From assembly GCA_964016885.1 (NCBI GenBank), contig OZ024743.1, positions 177,258,001-177,322,000 of the forward strand: a DNA stretch of 64,000 nucleotides, given 5' to 3'. The DNA comes from Eledone cirrhosa. Its lineage: Eukaryota. This document shows positions 55,501-64,000 of the stretch, one piece after another; the stretch's first letter is position 1; the number at the start of each line of letters is the position of its first letter. The notes below the pieces were generated by a model, which did not search any database, was not told the origin of the DNA, and saw only the letters and a program-made list of their open reading frames with translations. The translations under genes and the position numbers were made by a program.

Positions 55501-58500
55501 TTCCATATTGTCAGATCTTATGAAAGTGGGATTGATGTGGAGAATGTTTTGCATAATGTCAGATGTTATGAAAGTGGGATTGATGTGGAGAATGTTTTGC
55601 ATATTGTTAGATGTTATGAAAGTGGGATTCATGTGGAGAATGTTTTCCATATTGTCAGATATTATGAAAGTGGGATTCATGTGGAGAATGTTTTCCATAT
55701 TGTCAGATGTTATGAAAGTGGGATTGATGTGGAGAATGTTTTGCATATTGTCAGATGTTATGAAAGTGTGATTCATGTGGAGAATGTTTTCCATATTGTC
55801 AGATGTTATGAAAGTGGGATTCATGTGGAGAATGCTTTCCATATTGTCAGACGTTATGAAAGTGGGATTGATGTGGAGAATGTTTTGCATATTGTCAGAT
55901 GTTATGAAAGTGGGATTCATGTGGAGAATGTTTCCCATTTTATCAGATGTTATGAAAGTGGGATTCATGTGGAGAATGTTTTGCATATTGTTAGATGTTA
56001 TGAAAGTGGGATTCATGTGGAGAATGTTTTCCATATTGTCAGATATTATGAAAGTGGGATTCATGTGGAGAATGTTTTCCATATTGTCAGATGTTATGAA
56101 AGTGGGATTGATGTGGAGAAGGTTTTGCATATTGTCAGATGTTATGAAAGTGGGATTCATGTGGAGAATGTTTTCCATATTGTCAGATCTTATGAAAGTG
56201 GGATTCATGTGGAGAATGTTTTGCATATTGGCAGATGTTATGAAAGTGGGATTCATGTGGAGAATGTTTTCCATATTGTCAGATCTTATGAAAGTGGGAT
56301 TCATGTGGAGAATGTTTTGCATATTGTCAGATGTTATGAAAGTGGGATTCATGTGGAGAAGGTTTTCCATATTGTCAGATCTTATGAAAGTGGGATTCAT
56401 GTGGAGAAAATTTTGCATATTGTCAGATGTTATGAAAGTGGGATGCATGTGGAGAATGTTTTCCATGTTGTCAGATCTGATGAAAGTGGGATTGATGTGG
56501 AGAATGTTCTGCATATTGTCAGATGTTATGAAAGTGGGATTCATGTGGAGAAAGATTTCCATATTGTCATATCTTATGAAAGTGGGATTCATGTGGAGAA
56601 TGTTTTACATATTGTCAGATGTTATGAAAGTGGGATTCATGTGGAAAATGTTTTCCATATTGTCAGATGTTATGAAAGTGGGATTCATGTGGAGAATGTT
56701 TTGCATATTGTCAGATCTTATGAAAGTGGGATTGATGTGGAGAATGTTTTGCATATTGTCAGATGTTATGAAAGTGGGATTCATGTGGAGAATGTTTCCC
56801 ATTTTATCAGATGTTATGAAAGTGGGATTCATGTGGAGAATGTTTTGCATATTGTTAGATGTTATGAAAGTGGGATTCATGTGGAGAATGTTTTCCATAT
56901 TGTCAGATATTATGAAAGTGGGATTCATGTGGAGAATGTTTTCCATATTGTCAGATGTTATGAAAGTGGGATTGATGTGGAGAAGGTTTTGCATATTGTC
57001 AGATGTTATGAAAGTGGGATTCATGTGGAGAATGTTTTCCATATTGTCAGATCTTATGAAAGTGGGATTCATGTGGAGAATGTTTTGCATATTGGCAGAT
57101 GTTATGAAAGTGGGATTCATGTGGAGAATGTTTTCCATATTGTCAGATCTTATGAAAGTGGGATTCATGTGGAGAATGTTTTGCATATTGTCAGATGTTA
57201 TGAAAGTGGGATTCATGTGGAGAAGGTTTTCCATATTGTCAGATCTTATGAAAGTGGGATTCATGTGGAGAAAATTTTGCATATTGTCAGATGTTATGAA
57301 AGTGGGATGCATGTGGAGAATGTTTTCCATGTTGTCAGATCTGATGAAAGTGGGATTGATGTGGAGAATGTTCTGCATATTGTCAGATGTTATGAAAGTG
57401 GGATTCATGTGGAGAAAGATTTCCATATTGTCATATCTTATGAAAGTGGGATTCATGTGGAGAATGTTTTACATATTGTCAGATGTTATGAAAGTGGGAT
57501 TCATGTGGAAAATGTTTTCCATATTGTCAGATGTTATGAAAGTGGGATTCATGTGGAGAATGTTTTGCATATTGTCAGATCTTATGAAAGTGGGATTCAT
57601 GTGGAGAATGTTTTCCATATTGTCAGATGTTATGAAAGTGGGATTCCTGTGGAGAATGTTTTCCATATTGTCAGATCTTATGAAAGTGGGATTCATGTGG
57701 AGAATGTTTTTCATATTATCAGATGTTATGAAAGTGGGATTCATGTGGAGAATGTTTTCCATATTGTCAGATCTTATGAAAGTGGGATTCATGTGGAGAA
57801 TGTTTTGCATATTGTCAGATGTTATGAAAGTGGGATTCATGTGGAGAAGGTTTTCCATATTGTCAGATCTTATGAAAGTGGGATTCATGTGGAGAATATT
57901 TTGCATATTGTCAGATGTTAAGAAAGTGGGATGCATGTGGAGAATGTTTTCCATGTTGTCAGATCTGATGAAAGTGGGATTCATGTGGAGAATGTTTTCC
58001 ATATTGTCAGATCTTATGAGAGTGGGATTCATGTGGAGAATGTTTTGCATATTGTCAGATGTTATGAAAGTGGGATTCATGTGGAGAATGTTTTCCATAT
58101 TGTCAGATCTTATGAAAGTGGGATTCATGTGGAGAATGATTTCCATATTGTCAGATCTTATGAAAGTGGGATTCATGTGGAGAATGTTTTCCATATTGTC
58201 AGATCTTATGAAAGTGGGATTCATGTGGAGAATGTTTTGCATATTGTCCCATGTTATGAAAGTGGGATTCATGTGGAGAATGTTTTCCATATTGTCAGAT
58301 CTTATGAAAGTGGGATTGATGTGGAGAATGTTTTGCATAATGTCAGATGTTATGAAAGTGGGATTGATGTGGAGAATGTTTTGCATATTGTTAGATGTTA
58401 TGAAAGTGGGATTCATGTGGAGAATGTTTTCCATATTGTCAGATATTATGAAAGTGGGATTCATGTGGCGAATGTTTTCATATTGTCAGATGTTATGAAA

Positions 58501-61500
58501 GTGGGATTGATGTGGAGAATGTTTTGCATATTGTCAGATGTTATGAAAGTGGGATTCATGTGGAGAATGTTTTCCATATTGTCAGATGTTATGAAAGTGG
58601 GATTCATGTGGAGAATGCTTTCCATATTGTCAGACGTTATGAAAGTGGGATTGATGTGGAGAATGTTTTGCATATTGTCAGATGTTATGAAAGTGGGATT
58701 CATGTGGAGAATGTTTCCCATTTTATCAGATGTTATGAAAGTGGGATTCATGTGGAGAATGATTTCCATATTGTCAGATCTTATGAAAGTGGGATTGATG
58801 CGGAGAATTTTTTGCATATTGTCAGATCTTATGAAAGTGGGATTCATGTGGAGAATGTTTTCCATATTGTCAGATGTTATGAAAGTGGGATTAATGTGGA
58901 GAATGTTTTATATATTGTCAGATGTTATGAAAGTGGGATTCATGTGGAGAATGTTTTCCATATTGTGAGATCTTATAAAAGTGGCATTCATGTGGAAGAT
59001 GTTTTGCATATTGTCAGATGTTGTGAAAGTGGGATTCATGTGGAGAATGTTTTCCATATTGTCAGATGTTATGAAAGAGGGATTCACGTGGAGAATGTTT
59101 TCCATATTGTCAGATGTTATGAAAGTGGGATTGATGTGGAGAATGTTTTGCATATTGTCAGATGTTATGAAAGTGGGATTCATGTGGAGAATGTTTTCCA
59201 TATTGTCAGATGTTATGAAGGTGGGATTGATGTGGAGAATGTTCTGCATATTGTCAGATGTTATGAAAGTGGGATTCATGTGGAGAAAGATTTCCATATT
59301 GTCATATCTTATGAAAGTGGGATTCATGTGGAGAATGTTTTCCATATTGTCAGATGTTATGAAAGTGGGATTCATGTGGAAAATGTTTTCCATATTGTCA
59401 GATGTTATGAAAGTGGGATTCATGTGGAGAATGTTTTCCATATTGTCAGATCTTATGAAAGTGGGATTCATGTGGAGAATGTTTTCCATATTGTCAGATG
59501 TTATGAAAGTGGGATTCATGTGGAGAATGTTTTCCATATTGTCAGATCTTATGAAAGTGGGATTCATGTGGAGAATGTTTTCCATATTGTCAGATGTTAT
59601 GAAAGAGGTATTCACGTGGAGAATGTTTTCCATATTGTCAGATGTTATGAAAGTGGGATTGATGTGGAGAATGTTTTGCATATTATCAGATGTTATGAAA
59701 GTGGCATTCATGTGGAGAATGTTTTCCATATTGTCAGATCTTATGAAAGTGGGATTCACGTGTAGAATGTTTTGCTTATTGTCAGATGTTATGAAAGTGG
59801 GATTCATGTGGAGAATGTTTTCCATATTGTCAGATCTTATGAAAGTGGGATTCATGTGGAGAATGTTTTGCATATTGTCAGATGTTATGAAAGTGGGATT
59901 CATGTGGAGAATGTTTTCCATATTGTCAGATCTTATGAAAGTGGGATTCATGTGGAGAATGTTTTGCATATTGTCAGATGTTATGAAAGTGGGATTCATG
60001 TGGAGAAGGTTTTCCATATTGTCAGATCTTATGAAAGTGGGATTCATGTGGAGAATATTTTGCATATTGTCAGATGTTAAGAAAGTGGGATGCATGTGGA
60101 GAATGTTTTCCATGTTGTCAGATCTGATGAAAGTGGGATTCATGTGGAGAATGTTTTCCATATTGTCAGATCTTATGAGAGTGGGATTCATGTGGAGAAT
60201 GTTTTGCATATTGTCAGATGTTATGAAAGTGGGATTCATGTGGAGAATGTTTTCCATATTGTCAGATCTTATGAAAGTGGGATTCATGTGGAGAATGATT
60301 TCCATATTGTCAAATGTTATGAATGTGGGATTGATGTGGAGAATGTTTTCCATATTTTCAGATCTTATGAAAGTGGGATTAATGTGGAGAATGTTTTACA
60401 TATTGTCAGATGTTATGAAAGTGGGATTTATGTGGAGAATGTTTTACATATTGTCAGATGTTATGAAAGTGGGATTGATGTGGAGAATGTTTTGCATATT
60501 GTTAGATGTTATGAAAGTGGGATTCATGTGGAGAATGTTTTCCATATGGTCAGATATTATGAAAGTGGGTTTCATGTGGAGAATGTTTTCCATATTGTCA
60601 GATGTTATGAAAGTGGGATTGATGTGGAGAATGTCTTGCATATTGTCAGATGTTATGAAAGTGGGATTGATGTGGAGAATGCTTTGCATATTGTCAGATG
60701 TTATGAAAGTTGGATTCATGTGGAGAATGTTTTCCATATTGTCAGATGTTATGAAGGTGGGATTGATGTGGAGAATGTTTTGCATATTCTCATATCTTAT
60801 GAAAGTGGGATTCATGTGGAGAATGTTTTGCATATTGTCAGATCTTATGAAAGTGGAATTCATGTGGAGAATGATTTCCATATTGTCAGATCTTATGAAA
60901 GTGGGATTCATGTGGAAAATGTTTTACATATTGTCAGATGTTATGAAAGTGGGATTCATGTGGAGAATGAGTTCCATATTGTCAGATGTTATGAAAGTGG
61001 GATTAATGTGGAGAATGTTTTGCATATTGTCAGATGTTATGAAAGAGGGATTCACGTGGAGAATGTTTTCCATATTGTCAGATGTTATGAAAGTGGGATT
61101 GATGTGGAGAATGTTTTGCATATTGTCAGATGTTATGTAAGTGGGATTCATGTGGAGAATGTTTTCCATATTGTCAGATGTTATGAAGGTGGGATTGATG
61201 TGGAGAATGTTCTGCATATTGTCAGATGTTATGAAAGTGGGATTCATGTGGAGAAAGATTTCCATATTGTCATATCTTATGAAAGTGGGATTCATGTGGA
61301 GAATGTTTTCCATATTGTCAGATGTTATGAAAGTGGGATTGATGTGGAAAATGTTTTCCATATTGTCAGATGTTATGAAAGTGGGATTCATGTGGAGAAT
61401 GTTTTCCATATTGTCAGATCTTATGAAAGTGGGATTCATGTGGAGAATGTTTTCCATATTGTCAGATGTTATGAAAGTGGGATTCACGTGGAGAATGTTT

Positions 61501-64000
61501 TCCATATTGTCAGATCTTATGAAAGTGGGATTCATGTGGAGAATGTTTTCCATATTGTCAGATGTTATGAAAGTGGGATTCATGTGGAGAATGTTTTCCA
61601 TATTGTCAGATCTTATGAAAGTGGGATTCATGTGGAGAATGTTTTGCATATTATCAGATGTTATGAAAGTGGCATTCATGTGGAGAATGTTTTCCATATT
61701 GTCAGATCTTATGAAAGTGGGATTCATGTGTAGAATGTTTTGCTTATTGTCAGATGTTATGAAAGTGGGATTCATGTGGAGAATGTTTTCCATATTGTCA
61801 GATCTTATGAAAGTGGGATTCATGTGAAGAATGTTTTGCATATTGTCAGATGTTATGAAAGTGGGATTCATGTGGAGAATGTTTTCCATATTGTCAGATC
61901 TTATGAAAGTGGGATTCATGTGGAGAATGTTTTGCATATTGTCAGATGTTATGAAAGTGGGATTCATGTGGAGAAGGTTTTCCATATTGTCAGATCTTAT
62001 GAAAGTGGGATTCATGTGGAGAATATTTTGCATATTGTCAGATGTTAAGAAAGTGGGATGCATGTGGAGAATGTTTTCCATGTTGTCAGATCTGATGAAA
62101 GTGGGATTCATGTGGAGAATGTTTTCCATATTGTCAGATCTTATGAGAGTGGGATTCATGTGGAGAATGTTTTGCATATTGTCAGATCTTATGAAAGTGG
62201 GATTCATGTGGAGAATGTTTTGCATATTATCAGATGTTATGAAAGTGGCATTCATGTGGAGAATGTTTTCCATATTGTCAGATCTTATGAAAGTGGGATT
62301 CATGTGTAGAATGTTTTGCTTATTGTCAGATGTTATGAAAGTGGGATTGATGTGGAGAATGCTTTGCATATTGTCAGATGTTATGAAAGTTGGATTCATG
62401 TGGAGAATGTTTTCCATATTGTCAGATGTTATGAAGGTGGGATTGATGTGGAGAATGTTTTGCATATTGTCATATATTATGAAAGTGGGATTCATGTGGA
62501 GAATGTTTTGCATATTGTCAGATCTTATGAAAGTGGGATTCATGTGGAGAATGATTTCCATATTGTCAGATCTTATGAAAGTGGGATTCATGTGGAAAAT
62601 GTTTTACATATTGTCAGATGTTATGAAAGTGGGATTCATGTGGAGAATGAGTTCCATATTGTCAGATGTTATGAAAGTGGGATTAATGTGGAGAATGTTT
62701 TGCATATTGTCAGATGTTATGAAAGAGGGATTCACGTGGAGAATGTTTTCCATATTGTCAGATGTTATGAAAGTGGGATTGATGTGGAGAATGTTTTGCA
62801 TATTGTCAGATGTTATGAAAGTGGGATTCATGTGGAGAATGTTTTCCATATTGTCAGATGTTATGAAGGTGGGATTGATGTGGAGAATGTTCTGCATATT
62901 GTCAGATGTTATGAAAGTGGGATTCATGTGGAGAAAGATTTCCATATTGTCATATCTTATGAAAGTGGGATTCATGTGGAGAATGTTTTCCATATTGTCA
63001 GATGTTATGAAAGTGGGATTCATGTGGAAAATGTTTTCCATATTGTCAGATGTTATGAAAGTGGGATTCATGTGGAGAATGTTTTCCATATTGTCAGATG
63101 TTATGAAAGTGGGATTCACGTGGAGAATGTTTTCCATATTGTCAGATCTTATGAAAGTGGGATTCATGTGGAGAATGTTTTCCATATTGTCAGATGTTAT
63201 GAAAGTGGGATTCATGTGGAGAATGTTTTCCATATTGTCAGATCTTATGAAAGTGGGATTCATGTGGAGAATGTTTTGCATATTATCAGATGTTATGAAA
63301 GTGGCATTCATGTGGAGAATGTTTTCCATATTGTCAGATCTTATGAAAGTGGGATTCATGTGTAGAATGTTTTGCTTATTGTCAGATGTTATGAAAGTGG
63401 GATTCATGTGGAGAATGTTTTCCATATTGTCAGATCTTATGAAAGTGGGATTCATGTGAAGAATGTTTTGCATATTGTCAGATGTTATGAAACTGGGATT
63501 CATGTGGAGAATGTTTTCCATATTGTCAGATCTTATGAAAGTGGGATTCATGTGGAGAATGTTTTGCATATTGTCAGATGTTATGAAAGTGGGATTCATG
63601 TGGAGAAGGTTTTCCATATTGTCAGATCTTATGAAAGTGGGATTCATGTGGAGAATATTTTGCATATTGTCAGATGTTAAGAAAGTTGGATGCATGTGGA
63701 GAATGTTTTCCATCTTGTCAGATCTGATGAAAGTGGGATTCATGTGGAGAATGTTTTCCATATTGTCAGATCTTATGAGAGTGGGATTCATGTGGAGAAT
63801 GTTTTGCATATTGTCAGATGTTATGAAAGTGGGATTCATGTGGAGAATGTTTTCCATATTGTCAGATCTTATGAAAGTGGGATTCATGTGGAGAATGATT
63901 TCCATATTGTCAAATGTTATGAATGTGGGATTGATGTGGAGAATGTTTTCCATATTTTCAGATCTTATGAAAGTGGGATTAATGTGGAGAATGTTTTACA
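49531..64000. repeat. 48-bp tandem satellite, ~300 units, continuing past the window edge
   Basis: Consensus CATGTGGAGAATGTTTT(C/G)CATATTGTCAGAT(G/C)TTATGAAAGTGGGATT; substitutions only, except one 1-bp deletion near 58478. Confidence 0.98.

Noticed and set aside
49426-57921. 2831-aa ORF as a confident protein-coding gene
   Set aside because: It starts at a TTG, and openness follows from a stop-free 48-bp unit. Other frames are open too, variants show no synonymous bias, and stops and a frameshift occur distally. Kept only as a hypothesis.
49531-64000. CRISPR array
   Set aside because: Contiguous tandem units with no unique spacers, no cas genes, eukaryotic context
49531-64000. Satellite unit as a hammerhead (minus strand CTGACAA-hairpin-GAAT..., occasional plus-strand CTGATGA)
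   Set aside because: Lacks G8 and A15.1 of the core and has no credible stem I or III; topology only suggestive
49531-64000. C2H2 zinc-finger array (third frame CGECFPYCQML*)
   Set aside because: 16-codon period rather than 28, a stop in each unit, and no HxxxH or TGEKP linker

Overview
AT-rich animal genomic DNA with no recognisable host protein-coding exon. It is probably octopus or another cephalopod, inferred from the tRNA-derived SINE family and the dense (TA)n/(CA)n/(GA)n microsatellites. Bases 1-49.5 kb are a mosaic of transposable-element remnants: two Penelope-like elements (RT + GIY-YIG), a 5'-truncated RTE LINE, Helitrons (one with a PIF1-helicase C-terminal fragment), Tc1/mariner-superfamily and pogo-like fragments, RLE- and CR1-type LINE scraps, and about 18 copies of one tRNA-derived SINE. 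From about 49.53 kb to the window end is a 48-bp satellite (~300 units) with higher-order structure, which explains the giant repetitive ORFs. The main unannotated signal is about 20 type I hammerhead ribozyme (HHR) motifs (CUGANGA...GAAA...NUH, mostly with pairing stems), found by eye in ~49 kb. They lie in short non-coding elements embedded in (TA)n tracts. These elements form fold-back palindromes and/or partial tandem repeats of 310-512 bp, and one inversion breakpoint falls exactly on the predicted cleavage site. I interpret this as a multi-family system of non-autonomous, (TA)n-targeting Penelope/retrozyme-like elements. All folds and alignments were done by eye and need computational confirmation.
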